This document shows, piece after piece, positions 1 to 15,000 of a stretch of 64,000 nucleotides of DNA. This DNA is from Macrostomum hystrix. Taxonomy: Eukaryota > Animalia > Platyhelminthes. The position numbers were made by a program, and so were the translations under genes. Each line of letters begins with the position of its first letter. The first letter of the stretch is position 1. Location of the stretch: the NCBI GenBank assembly GCA_950097015.1, contig CATNEN010000041.1:2790001-2854000 (forward strand), given 5' to 3'. The notes under the pieces are model-generated. The model saw only the letters and a list, made by a program, of their open reading frames with translations. It had not been told where the DNA came from and did no database searches.

Positions 1-3000
1 TCAGCTAGCTGTAATACTCAGAATGCATTCAGCCAGCTGTTATCACCAGAATGCATTCAGCCAGCTGTTATACTCAGAATGCATTCAGCCAGCTGTTATA
101 CTCAGAATGCATTCAGCCAGCTGTTATCCTCAGAATACATTCAGCCAGCTGTTATTCTCAGAATGCATTCAGCCAGCTGATTATCATCAGAATACATTCA
201 GCCAGCTGTTATCCTCAGAATACATTCAGCCAGCTGTTATACTCAGAATGCATTCAGCCAGCTGTTATACTCAGAATGCATTCAGCCAGCTGTTATCCTC
301 AGAATACATTCAGCCAGCTGTTATACTCAGAATGCATTCAGCCAGCTGTTTTCCTCAGAATACATTCAGCCAGCTGTTATTCTCAGAATACATTCAGCCA
401 GCTGTTATACTCAGAATGCATTCAGCCAGCTGTTATACTCAGAATGCATTCAGCCAGCTGTTATACTCAGAATGCATTCAGCCAGCTGTTATACTCAGAA
501 TGCATTCAGCCAGCTGTTATCCTCAGAATACTTTCAGCCAGCTGTTATCATCAGAATACATTCAGCCAGCTGTTATTCTCAGAATACATTCAGCCAGCTG
601 TTATACTCAGAATGCATTCAGCCAGCTGTTTTCCTCAGAATACATTCAGCCAGCTGTTATTCTCAGAATACATTCAGCCAGCTGTTATACTCAGAATACA
701 TTCAGCCAGCTGTTATACTCAGAATGCATTCAGCCAGCTGTTATCCTCAGAATGCATTCAGCCAGCTGTTATACTCAGAATGCATTCAGCCAGCTGTTAT
801 CACCAGAATGCATTCAGCCAGCTGTTATCACCAGAATGCATTCAGCCAGCTGTTATTCTCAGAATGCATTCAGCCAGCTGTTATTCTCAGAATACATTCA
901 GCCAGCTGTTATACTCAGAATGCATTCAGGCAGCTGTTATCACCAGAATGCATTCAGCCAGCTGTTATTCTCAGAATACATTCAGCCAGCTGTTATTCTC
1001 AGAATGCATTCAGCCAGCTGATTATCATCAGAATACATTCAGCCAGCTGTTATACTCAGAATACATTCAGCCAGCTGTTATACTCAGAATGCATTCAGCC
1101 AGCTGTTATACTCAGAATGCATTCAGCCAGCTGTTATCCTCAGAATACATTCAGCCAGCTGTTATTCTCAGAATGCATTCAGCCAGCTGATTATCATCAG
1201 AATACATTCAGCCAGCTGTTATCCTCAGAATACATTCAGCCAGCTGTTATACTCAGAATGCATTCAGCCAGCTGTTATACTCAGAATGCATTCAGCCAGC
1301 TGTTATCCTCAGAATACATTCAGCCAGCTGTTATACTCAGAATGCATTCAGCCAGCTGTTTTCCTCAGAATACATTCAGCCAGCTGTTATTCTCAGAATA
1401 CATTCAGCCAGCTGTTATACTCAGAATGCATTCAGCCAGCTGTTATACTCAGAATGCATTCAGGCAGCTGTTTTCCTCAGAATGCATTCAGCCAGCTGTT
1501 ATCCTCAGAATACTTTCAGCCAGCTGTTATACTCAGAATACATTCAGCCAGCTGTTATACTCAGAATACATTCAGCCAGCTGTTATACTCAGAATGCATT
1601 CAGCCAGCTGTTATCCTCAGAATACTTTCAGCCAGCTGTTATCATCAGAATACATTCAGCCAGCTGTTATTCTCAGAATACATTCAGCCAGCTGTTATAC
1701 TCAGAATGCATTCAGCCAGCTGTTTTCCTCAGAATACATTCAGCCAGCTGTTATTCTCAGAATACATTCAGCCAGCTGTTATACTCAGAATACATTCAGC
1801 CAGCTGTTATACTCAGAATGCATTCAGCCAGCTGTTATCCTCAGAATGCATTCAGCCAGCTGTTATACTCAGAATGCATTCAGCCAGCTGTTATCACCAG
1901 AATGCATTCAGCCAGCTGTTATCACCAGAATGCATTCAGCCAGCTGTTATTCTCAGAATACATTCAGCCAGCTGTTATTCTCAGAATACATTCAGCCAGC
2001 TGTTATACTCAGAATGCATTCAGGCAGCTGTTATCGCCAGAATGCATTCAGCCAGCTGTTATTCTCAGAATACATTCAGCCAGCTGTTATTCTCAGAATG
2101 CATTCAGCCAGCTGATTATCATCAGAATACATTCAGCCAGCTGTTATACTCAGAATACATTCAGCCAGCTGTTATACTCAGAATGCATTCAGCCAGCTGT
2201 TATACTCAGAATGCATTCAGCCAGCTGTTATCCTCAGAATACATTCAGCCAGCTGTTATTCTCAGAATGCATTCAGCCAGCTGATTATCATCAGAATACA
2301 TTCAGCCAGCTGTTATCCTCAGAATACATTCAGCCAGCTGTTATACTCAGAATGCATTCAGCCAGCTGTTATACTCAGAATGCATTCAGCCAGCTGTTAT
2401 CCTCAGAATACATTCAGCCAGCTGTTATACTCAGAATGCATTCAGCCAGCTGTTTTCCTCAGAATACATTCAGCCAGCTGTTATTCTCAGAATACATTCA
2501 GCCAGCTGTTATACTCAGAATGCATTCAGCCAGCTGTTATACTCAGAATGCATTCAGGCAGCTGTTTTCCTCAGAATGCATTCAGCCAGCTGTTATCCTC
2601 AGAATACTTTCAGCCAGCTGTTATACTCAGAATACATTCAGCCAGCTGTTATACTCAGAATACATTCAGCCAGCTGTTATACTCAGAATGCATTCAGCCA
2701 GCTGTTATACTCAGAATGCATTCAGCCAGCTGTTATACTCAGAATGCATTCAGCCAGCTATTATACTCAGAATACATTCAGCCAGCTGTTATACTCAGAA
2801 TGCATTCAGCCAGCTGTTTTCCTCAGAATACATTCAGCCAGCTGTTATACTCAGAATGCATTCAGCCAGCTGTTATTCTCAGAATACATTCAGCCAGCTG
2901 TTATACTCAGAATGCATTCAGCCAGCTGTTATCCTCAGAATACATTCAGCCAGCTGTTATCATCAGAATACATTCAGCCAGCTGTTATCCTCAGAATGCA

Positions 3001-6000
3001 TTCAGCTAGCTGTAATACTCAGAATGCATTCAGCCAGCTGTTATCACCAGAATGCATTCAGCCAGCTGTTATACTCAGAATGCATTCAGCCAGCTGTTAT
3101 ACTCAGAATGCATTCAGCCAGCTGTTATCCTCAGAATACATTCAGCCAGCTGTTATCCTCAGAATGCATTCAGCCAGCTGTTATACTCAGAATGCATTCA
3201 GCCAGCTGTTATACTCAGAATGCATTCAGCCAGCTGTTATACTCAGAATGCATTCAGCCAGCTGTTATACTCAGAATGCATTCAGCCAGCTGTTATCCTC
3301 AGAATACATTCAGCCAGCTGTTATACTCAGAATACATTCAGCCAGCTGTTATTCTCAGAATACATTCAGCCAGCTGTTATCCTCAGAATGCATTCAGCCA
3401 GCTGTTATACTCAGAATGCATTCAGCCAGCTGTTATCATCAGAATACATTCAGCCAGCTGTTATTCTCAGAATACATTCAGCCAGCTGTTATACTCAGAA
3501 TGCATTCAGCCAGCTGTTTTCCTCAGAATACATTCAGCCAGCTGTTATTCTCAGAATACATTCAGCCAGCTGTTATACTCAGAATGCATTCAGCCAGCTG
3601 TTATCCTCAGAATACATTCAGCCAGCTGTTATACTCAGAATGCATTCACCCAGCTGTTATACTCAGAATGCATTCAGCCAGCTGTTATCATCAGAATACA
3701 TTCAGCCAGCTGTTATTCTCAGAATACATTCAGCCAGCTGTTATACTCAGAATGCATTCAGCCAGCTGTTTTCCTCAGAATACATTCAGCCAGCTGTTAT
3801 TCTCAGAATACATTCAGCCAGCTGTTATACTCAGAATGCATTCAGGCAGCTGTTTTCCTCAGAATGCATTCAGCCAGCTGTTATCCTCAGAATACATTCA
3901 GCCAGCTGTTATACTCAGAATACATTCAGCCAGCTGTTATACTCAGAATGCATTCAGCCAGCTGTTATACTCAGAATGCATTCAGCCAGCTGTTATCCTC
4001 AGAATACATTCAGCCAGCTGTTATTCTCAGAATGCATTCAGCCAGCTGATTATCATCAGAATACATTCAGCCAGCTGTTATCCTCAGAATACATTCAGCC
4101 AGCTGTTATACTCAGAATGCATTCAGCCAGCTGTTATACTCAGAATGCATTCAGCCAGCTGTTATCCTCAGAATACATTCAGCCAGCTGTTATACTCAGA
4201 ATGCATTCAGCCAGCTGTTTTCCTCAGAATACATTCAGCCAGCTGTTATTCTCAGAATACATTCAGCCAGCTGTTATACTCAGAATGCATTCAGCCAGCT
4301 GTTATACTCAGAATGCATTCAGGCAGCTGTTTTCCTCAGAATGCATTCAGCCAGCTGTTATCCTCAGAATACTTTCAGCCAGCTGTTATACTCAGAATAC
4401 ATTCAGCCAGCTGTTATACTCAGAATACATTCAGCCAGCTGTTATACTCAGAATGCATTCAGCCAGCTGTTATACTCAGAATGCATTCAGCCAGCTGTTA
4501 TACTCAGAATGCATTCAGCCAGCTGTTATACTCAGAATGCATTCAGCCAGCTGTTATACTCAGAATGCATTCAGCCAGCTGTTATACTCAGAATGCATTC
4601 AGCCAGCTGTTATACTCAGAATGCATTCAGCCAGCTGTTATCCTCAGAATACATTCAGCCAGCTGTTATACTCAGAATACATTCAGCCAGCTGTTATTCT
4701 CAGAATACATTCCGCCAGCTGTTATACTCAGAATGCATTCAGCCAGCTGTTATACTCAGAATGCATTCAGCCAGCTGTTATCCTCAGAATACATTCAGCC
4801 AGCTGTTATTCTCAGAATGCATTCAGCCAGCTGATTATCATCAGAATACATTCAGCCAGCTGTTATCCTCAGAATACATTCAGCCAGCTGTTATACTCAG
4901 AATGCATTCAGCCAGCTGTTATACTCAGAATGCATTCAGCCAGCTGTTATCCTCAGAATACATTCAGCCAGCTGTTATACTCAGAATGCATTCAGCCAGC
5001 TGTTTTCCTCAGAATACATTCAGCCAGCTGTTATTCTCAGAATACATTCAGCCAGCTGTTATACTCAGAATGCATTCAGCCAGCTGTTATACTCAGAATG
5101 CATTCAGGCAGCTGTTTTCCTCAGAATGCATTCAGCCAGCTGTTATCCTCAGAATACTTTCAGCCAGCTGTTATACTCAGAATACATTCAGCCAGCTGTT
5201 ATACTCAGAATGCATTCAGCCAGCTGTTATACTCAGAATGCATTCAGCCAGCTGTTATACTCAGAATGCATTCAGCCAGCTGTTATACTCAGAATGCATT
5301 CAGCCAGCTGTTATACTCAGAATACATTCAGCCAGCTGTTATACTCAGAATGCATTCAGCCAGCTGTTTTCCTCAGAATACATTCAGCCAGCTGTTATAC
5401 TCAGAATGCATTCAGCCAGCTGTTATTCTCAGAATACATTCAGCCAGCTGTTATACTCAGAATGCATTCAGCCAGCTGTTATCCTCAGAATACATTCAGC
5501 CAGCTGTTATCATCAGAATACATTCAGCCAGCTGTTATCCTCAGAATGCATTCAGCTAGCTGTAATACTCAGAATGCATTCAGCCAGCTGTTATCACCAG
5601 AATGCATTCAGCCAGCTGTTATACTCAGAATGCATTCAGCCAGCTGTTATACTCAGAATGCATTCAGCCAGCTGTTATCCTCAGAATACATTCAGCCAGC
5701 TGTTATCCTCAGAATGCATTCAGCCAGCTGTTATACTCAGAATGCATTCAGCCAGCTGTTATACTCAGAATGCATTCAGCCAGCTGTTATACTCAGAATG
5801 CATTCAGCCAGCTGTTATACTCAGAATGCATTCAGCCAGCTGTTATCCTCAGAATACATTCAGCCAGCTGTTATACTCAGAATACATTCAGCCAGCTGTT
5901 ATTCTCAGAATACATTCCGCCAGCTGTTATCCTCAGAATGCATTCAGCCAGCTGTTATACTCAGAATGCATTCAGCCAGCTGTTATCATCAGAATACATT

Positions 6001-9000
6001 CAGCCAGCTGTTATTCTCAGAATACATTCAGCCAGCTGTTATACTCAGAATGCATTCAGCCAGCTGTTTTCCTCAGAATACATTCAGCCAGCTGTTATTC
6101 TCAGAATACATTCAGCCAGCTGTTATACTCAGAATGCATTCAGCCAGCTGTTATCCTCAGAATACATTCAGCCAGCTGTTATACTCAGAATGCATTCACC
6201 CAGCTGTTATACTCAGAATGCATTCAGCCAGCTGTTATCATCAGAATACATTCAGCCAGCTGTTATTCTCAGAATACATTCAGCCAGCTGTTATTCTCAG
6301 AATGCATTCAGCCAGCTGTTTTCCTCAGAATACATTCAGCCAGCTGTTATTCTCAGAATACATTCAGCCAGCTGTTATACTCAGAATGCATTCAGGCAGC
6401 TGTTTTCCTCAGAATGCATTCAGCCAGCTGTTATCCTCAGAATACATTCAGCCAGCTGTTATACTCAGAATACATTCAGCCAGCTGTTATACTCAGAATG
6501 CATTCAGCCAGCTGTTATACTCAGAATGCATTCAGCCAGCTGTTATCCTCAGAATACATTCAGCCAGCTGTTATTCTCAGAATGCATTCAGCCAGCTGAT
6601 TATCATCAGAATACATTCAGCCAGCTGTTATCCTCAGAATACATTCAGCCAGCTGTTATACTCAGAATGCATTCAGCCAGCTGTTATACTCAGAATGCAT
6701 TCAGCCAGCTGTTATCCTCAGAATACATTCAGCCAGCTGTTATACTCAGAATGCATTCAGCCAGCTGTTTTCCTCAGAATACATTCAGCCAGCTGTTATT
6801 CTCAGAATACATTCAGCCAGCTGTTATACTCAGAATGCATTCAGCCAGCTGTTATACTCAGAATGCATTCAGGCAGCTGTTTTCCTCAGAATGCATTCAG
6901 CCAGCTGTTATCCTCAGAATACTTTCAGCCAGCTGTTATACTCAGAATACATTCAGCCAGCTGTTATACTCAGAATACATTCAGCCAGCTGTTATACTCA
7001 GAATGCATTCAGCCAGCTGTTATACTCAGAATGCATTCAGCCAGCTGTTTTACTCAGAATGCATTCAGCCAGCTGTTATACTCAGAATACATTCAGCCAG
7101 CTGTTATACTCAGAATGCATTCAGCCAGCTGTTTTCCTCAGAATACATTCAGCCAGCTGTTATACTCAGAATGCATTCAGCCAGCTGTTATTCTCAGAAT
7201 ACATTCAGCCAGCTGTTATACTCAGAATGCATTCAGCCAGCTGTTATCCTCAGAATACATTCAGCCAGCTGTTATCATCAGAATACATTCAGCCAGCTGT
7301 TATCCTCAGAATGCATTCAGCTAGCTGTAATACTCAGAATGCATTCAGCCAGCTGTTATCACCAGAATGCATTCAGCCAGCTGTTATACTCAGAATGCAT
7401 TCAGCCAGCTGTTATACTCAGAATGCATTCAGCCAGCTGTTATCCTCAGAATACATTCAGCCAGCTGTTATCCTCAGAATGCATTCAGCCAGCTGTTATA
7501 CTCAGAATGCATTCAGCCAGCTGTTATACTCAGAATGCATTCAGCCAGCTGTTATACTCAGAATGCATTCAGCCAGCTGTTATACTCAGAATGCATTCAG
7601 CCAGCTGTTATCCTCAGAATACATTCAGCCAGCTGTTATACTCAGAATACATTCAGCCAGCTGTTATTCTCAGAATACATTCAGCCAGCTGTTATCCTCA
7701 GAATGCATTCAGCCAGCTGTTATCACCAGAATGCATTCAGCCAGCTGTTATACTCAGAATGCATTCAGCCAGCTGTTATTCTCAGAATACATTCAGCCAG
7801 CTGTTATACTCAGAATGCATTCAGCCAGCTGTTATCCTCAGAATACATTCAGCCAGCTGTTATTCTCAGAATACATTCAGCCAGCTGTTATACTCAGAAT
7901 GCATTCAGCCAGCTGTTATCCTCAGAATACATTCAGCCAGCTGTTATACTCAGAATGCATTCACCCAGCTGTTATACTCAGAATGCATTCAGCCAGCTGT
8001 TATCATCAGAATACATTCAGCCAGCTGTTATTCTCAGAATACATTCAGCCAGCTGTTATACTCAGAATGCATTCAGCCAGCTGTTTTCCTCAGAATACAT
8101 TCAGCCAGCTGTTATTCTCAGAATACATTCAGCCAGCTGTTATACTCAGAATGCATTCAGGCAGCTGTTTTCCTCAGAATGCATTCAGCCAGCTGTTATC
8201 CTCAGAATACATTCAGCCAGCTGTTATTCTCAGAATGCATTCAGCCAGCTGATTATCATCAGAATACATTCAGCCAGCTGTTATACTCAGAATGCATTCA
8301 GCCAGCTGTTATACTCAGAATGCATTCAGCCAGCTGTTATACTCAGAATGCATTCAGCCAGCTGTTATACTCAGAATGCATTCAGCCAGCTGTTATACTC
8401 AGAATGCATTCAGCCAGCTGTTATACTCAGAATGCATTCAGCCAGCTGTTATTCTCAGAATACATTCAGCCAGCTGTTATACTCAGAATGCATTCAGGCA
8501 GCTGTTATCACCAGAATGCATTCAGCCAGCTGTTATTCTCAGAATACATTCAGCCAGCTGTTATTCTCAGAATGCATTCAGCCAGCTGATTATCATCAGA
8601 ATACATTCAGCCAGCTGTTATACTCAGAATACATTCAGCCAACTGTTATACTCAGAATGCATTCAGCTAGCTGTTATACTCAGAATGCATTCAGCCAGCT
8701 GTTATCCTCAGAATACATTCAGCCAGCTGTTATTCTCAGAATGCATTCAGCCAGCTGATTATCATCAGAATACATTCAGCCAGCTGTTATCCTCAGAATA
8801 CATTCAGCCAGCTGTTATACTCAGAATGCATTCAGCCAGCTGTTATACTCAGAATGCATTCAGCCAGCTGTTATCCTCAGAATACATTCAGCCAGCTGTT
8901 ATACTCAGAATGCATTCAGCCAGCTGTTTTCCTCAGAATACATTCAGCCAGCTGTTATTCTCAGAATACATTCAGCCAGCTGTTATACTCAGAATGCATT

Positions 9001-12000
9001 CAGCCAGCTGTTATACTCAGAATGCATTCAGCCAGCTGTTATACTCAGAATGCATTCAGGCAGCTGTTTTCCTCAGAATGCATTCAGCCAGCTGTTATCC
9101 TCAGAATACTTTCAGCCAGCTGTTATCATCAGAATACATTCAGCCAGCTGTTATTCTCAGAATGCATTCAGCCAGCTGTTATACTCAGAATGCATTCAGG
9201 CAGCTGTTATCACCAGAATGCATTCAGCCAGCTGTTATCACCAGAATGCATTCAGCCAGCTGTTATTCTCAGAATACATTCAGCCAGCTGTTATTCTCAG
9301 AATACATTCAGCCAGCTGTTATTCTCAGAATACATTCAGCCAGCTGTTATTCTCAGAATACATTCAGCCAGCTGTTATTCTCAGAATGCATTCAGCCAGC
9401 TGTTATACTCAGAATGCATTCAGCTAGCTGTTATCCTCAGAATGCATTCAGCCAGCTGTTATCATCAGAATACATTCAGCCAGCTGTTATACTCAGAATG
9501 CATTCAGCCAGCTGTTATCCTCAGAATGCATTCAGCTAGCTGTTATACTCAGAATACATTCAGCCAGCTGTTATACTCAGAATGCATTCAGCCAGCTGTT
9601 ATCCTCAGAATGCATTCAGCCAGCTGTTATACTCAGAATGCATTCAGCCAGCTGTTATCACCAGAATGCATTCAGCCAGCTGTTATCACCAGAATGCATT
9701 CAGCCAGCTGTTATTCTCAGAATGCATTCAGCCAGCTGTTATTCTCAGAATACATTCAGCCAGCTGTTATACTCAGAATGCATTCAGGCAGCTGTTATCA
9801 CCAGAATGCATTCAGCCAGCTGTTATTCTCAGAATACATTCAGCCAGCTGTTATTCTCAGAATGCATTCAGCCAGCTGATTATCATCAGAATACATTCAG
9901 CCAGCTGTTATACTCAGAATACATTCAGCCAGCTGTTATACTCAGAATGCATTCAGCCAGCTGTTATACTCAGAATGCATTCAGCCAGCTGTTATCCTCA
10001 GAATACATTCAGCCAGCTGTTATTCTCAGAATGCATTCAGCCAGCTGATTATCATCAGAATACATTCAGCCAGCTGTTATCCTCAGAATACATTCAGCCA
10101 GCTGTTATACTCAGAATGCATTCAGCCAGCTGTTATACTCAGAATGCATTCAGCCAGCTGTTATCCTCAGAATACATTCAGCCAGCTGTTATACTCAGAA
10201 TGCATTCAGCCAGCTGTTTTCCTCAGAATACATTCAGCCAGCTGTTATTCTCAGAATACATTCAGCCAGCTGTTATACTCAGAATGCATTCAGCCAGCTG
10301 TTATACTCAGAATGCATTCAGCCAGCTGTTATACTCAGAATGCATTCAGGCAGCTGTTATACTCAGAATGCATTCAGCCAGCTGTTATACTCAGAATGCA
10401 TTCAGGCAGCTGTTATCATCAGAATACATTCAGCCAGCTGTTATACTCAGAATGCATTCAGCCAGCTGTTATCCTCAGAATACATTCAGCCAGCTGTTAT
10501 ACTCAGAATGCATTCAGCCAGCTGTTATACTCAGAATGCATTCAGGCAGCTGTTATCATCAGAATACATTCAGCCAGCTGTTATCATCAGAATGCATTCA
10601 GCCAGCTGTTATCCTCAGAATGCATTCAGCCAGCTGTTATCATCAGAATGCATTCAGCCAGCTGTTATACTCAGAATGCATTCAGCCAGCTGTTATCATC
10701 AGAATACATTCAGCCAGCTGTTATACACAGAATGCATTCAGCCAGCTGTTATACTCAGAATACATTCAGCCAGCTGTTATCCTCAGAATGCATTCAGGCA
10801 GCTGTTATCATCAGAATACATTCAGCCAGCTGTTATCCTCAGAATGCATTCAGCCAGCTGTTATACTCAGAATGCATTCAGCCAGCTGTTATCACCAGAA
10901 TGCATTCAGCCAGCTGTTATCACCAGAATGCATTCAGCCAGCTGTTATTCTCAGAATGCATTCAGCCAGCTGTTATTCTCAGAATACATTCAGCCAGCTG
11001 TTATACTCAGAATGCATTCAGGCAGCTGTTATCAACAGAATGCATTCAGCCAGCTGTTATTCTCAGAATACATTCAGCCAGCTGTTATTCTCAGAATGCA
11101 TTCAGCCAGCTGATTATCATCAGAATACATTCAGCCAGCTGTTATACTCAGAATACATTCAGCCAGCTGTTATACTCAGAATGCATTCAGCCAGCTGTTA
11201 TACTCAGAATGCATTCAGCCAGCTGTTATCCTCAGAATACATTCAGCCAGCTGTTATTCTCAGAATGCATTCAGCCAGCTGATTATCATCAGAATACATT
11301 CAGCCAGCTGTTATCCTCAGAATACATTCAGCCAGCTGTTATACTCAGAATGCATTCAGCCAGCTGTTATACTCAGAATGCATTCAGCCAGCTGTTATCC
11401 TCAGAATACATTCAGCCAGCTGTTATACTCAGAATGCATTCAGCCAGCTGTTTTCCTCAGAATACATTCAGCCAGCTGTTATTCTCAGAATACATTCAGC
11501 CAGCTGTTATACTCAGAATGCATTCAGCCAGCTGTTATACTCAGAATGCATTCAGCCAGCTGTTATACTCAGAATGCATTCAGGCAGCTGTTATACTCAG
11601 AATGCATTCAGCCAGCTGTTATCCTCAGAATACTTTCAGCCAGCTGTTATCATCAGAATACATTCAGCCAGCTGTTATTCTCAGAATACATTCAGCCAGC
11701 TGTTATACTCAGAATGCATTCAGCCAGCTGTTTTCCTCAGAATACATTCAGCCAGCTGTTATTCTCAGAATACATTCAGCCAGCTGTTATCCTCAGAATA
11801 CATTCAGCCAGCTGTTATACTCAGAATGCATTCAGCCAGCTGTTATCCTCAGAATGCATTCAGCCAGCTGTTATACTCAGAATGCATTCAGCCAGCTGTT
11901 ATCACCAGAATGCATTCAGCCAGCTGTTATTCTCAGAATGCATTCAGCCAGCTGTTATTCTCAGAATACATTCAGCCAGCTGTTATACTCAGAATGCATT

Positions 12001-15000
12001 CAGGCAGCTGTTATCACCAGAATGCATTCAGCCAGCTGTTATTCTCAGAATACATTCAGCCAGCTGTTATTCTCAGAATGCATTCAGCCAGCTGATTATC
12101 ATCAGAATACATTCAGCCAGCTGTTATACTCAGAATACATTCAGCCAGCTGTTATACTCAGAATGCATTCAGCCAGCTGTTATACTCAGAATGCATTCAG
12201 CCAGCTGTTATCCTCAGAATACATTCAGCCAGCTGTTATTCTCAGAATGCATTCAGCCAGCTGATTATCATCAGAATACATTCAGCCAGCTGTTATCCTC
12301 AGAATACATTCAGCCAGCTGTTATACTCAGAATGCATTCAGCCAGCTGTTATACTCAGAATGCATTCAGCCAGCTGTTTTCCTCAGAATACATTCAGCCA
12401 GCTGTTATACTCAGAATGCATTCAGCCAGCTGTTTTCCTCAGAATACATTCAGCCAGCTGTTATTCTCAGAATACATTCAGCCAGCTGTTATACTCAGAA
12501 TGCATTCAGCCAGCTGTTATACTCAGAATGCATTCAGCCAGCTGTTATACTCAGAATGCATTCAGGCAGCTGTTATACTCAGAATGCATTCAACCAGCTG
12601 TTATCCTCAGAATACTTTCAGCCAGCTGTTATCATCAGAATACATTCAGCCAGCTGTTATTCTCAGAATACATTCAGCCAGCTGTTATACTCAGAATGCA
12701 TTCAGCCAGCTGTTTTCCTCAGAATACATTCAGCCAGCTGTTATTCTCAGAATACATTCAGCCAGCTGTTATACTCAGAATACATTCAGCCAGCTGTTAT
12801 ACTCAGAATGCATTCAGCCAGCTGTTATCCTCAGAATGCATTCAGCCAGCTGTTATACTCAGAATGCATTCAGCCAGCTGTTATCACCAGAATGCATTCA
12901 GCCAGCTGTTATCACCAGAATGCATTCAGCCAGCTGTTATTCTCAGAATGCATTCAGCCAGCTGTTATTCTCAGAATGCATTCAGCCAGCTGTTATACTC
13001 AGAATGCATTCAGGCAGCTGTTATACTCAGAATGCATTCAGCCAGCTGTTTTCCTCAGAATACATTCAGCCAGCTGTTATTCTCAGAATACATTCAGCCA
13101 GCTGTTATACTCAGAATGCATTCAGCCAGCTGTTATACTCAGAATGCATTCAGCCAGCTGTTATACTCAGAATGCATTCAGGCAGCTGTTATACTCAGAA
13201 TGCATTCAGCCAGCTGTTATCCTCAGAATACTTTCAGCCAGCTGTTATCATCAGAATACATTCAGCCAGCTGTTATTCTCAGAATACATTCAGCCAGCTG
13301 TTATACTCAGAATGCATTCAGCCAGCTGTTTTCCTCAGAATACATTCAGCCAGCTGTTATTCTCAGAATACATTCAGCCAGCTGTTATCCTCAGAATACA
13401 TTCAGCCAGCTGTTATACTCAGAATGCATTCAGCCAGCTGTTATCCTCAGAATGCATTCAGCCAGCTGTTATACTCAGAATGCATTCAGCCAGCTGTTAT
13501 CACCAGAATGCATTCAGCCAGCTGTTATTCTCAGAATGCATTCAGCCAGCTGTTATTCTCAGAATACATTCAGCCAGCTGTTATACTCAGAATGCATTCA
13601 GGCAGCTGTTATCACCAGAATGCATTCAGCCAGCTGTTATTCTCAGAATACATTCAGCCAGCTGTTATTCTCAGAATGCATTCAGCCAGCTGATTATCAT
13701 CAGAATACATTCAGCCAGCTGTTATACTCAGAATACATTCAGCCAGCTGTTATACTCAGAATGCATTCAGCCAGCTGTTATACTCAGAATGCATTCAGCC
13801 AGCTGTTATCCTCAGAATACATTCAGCCAGCTGTTATTCTCAGAATGCATTCAGCCAGCTGATTATCATCAGAATACATTCAGCCAGCTGTTATCCTCAG
13901 AATACATTCAGCCAGCTGTTATACTCAGAATGCATTCAGCCAGCTGTTATACTCAGAATGCATTCAGCCAGCTGTTTTCCTCAGAATACATTCAGCCAGC
14001 TGTTATACTCAGAATGCATTCAGCCAGCTGTTTTCCTCAGAATACATTCAGCCAGCTGTTATTCTCAGAATACATTCAGCCAGCTGTTATACTCAGAATG
14101 CATTCAGCCAGCTGTTATACTCAGAATGCATTCAGCCAGCTGTTATACTCAGAATGCATTCAGGCAGCTGTTATACTCAGAATGCATTCAACCAGCTGTT
14201 ATCCTCAGAATACTTTCAGCCAGCTGTTATCATCAGAATACATTCAGCCAGCTGTTATTCTCAGAATACATTCAGCCAGCTGTTATACTCAGAATGCATT
14301 CAGCCAGCTGTTTTCCTCAGAATACATTCAGCCAGCTGTTATACTCAGAATACATTCAGCCAGCTGTTATACTCAGAATGCATTCAGCCAGCTGTTATAC
14401 TCAGAATGCATTCAGCCAGCTGTTATCCTCAGAATGCATTCAGCCAGCTGTTATACTCAGAATGCATTCAGCCAGCTGTTATCACCAGAATGCATTCAGC
14501 CAGCTGTTATCACCAGAATGCATTCAGCCAGCTGTTATTCTCAGAATGCATTCAGCCAGCTGTTATACTCAGAATGCATTCAGCCAGCTGTTATCCTCAG
14601 AATACATTCAGGCAGCTGTTATCACCAGAATGCATTCAGCCAGCTGTTATTCTCAGAATACATTCAGCCAGCTGTTATTCTCAGAATGCATTCAGCCAGC
14701 TGATTATCATCAGAATACATTCAGCCAGCTGTTATACTCAGAATACATTCAGCCAGCTGTTATACTCAGAATGCATTCAGCCAGCTGTTATACTCAGAAT
14801 GCATTCAGCCAGCTGTTATACTCAGAATGCATTCAGCCAGCTGTTATACTCAGAATGCATTCAGCCAGCTGTTATACTCAGAATGCATTCAGCCAGCTGT
14901 TATCCTCAGAATACATTCAGCCAGCTGTTATACTCAGAATACATTCAGCCAGCTGTTATTCTCAGAATACATTCAGCCAGCTGTTATCCTCAGAATGCAT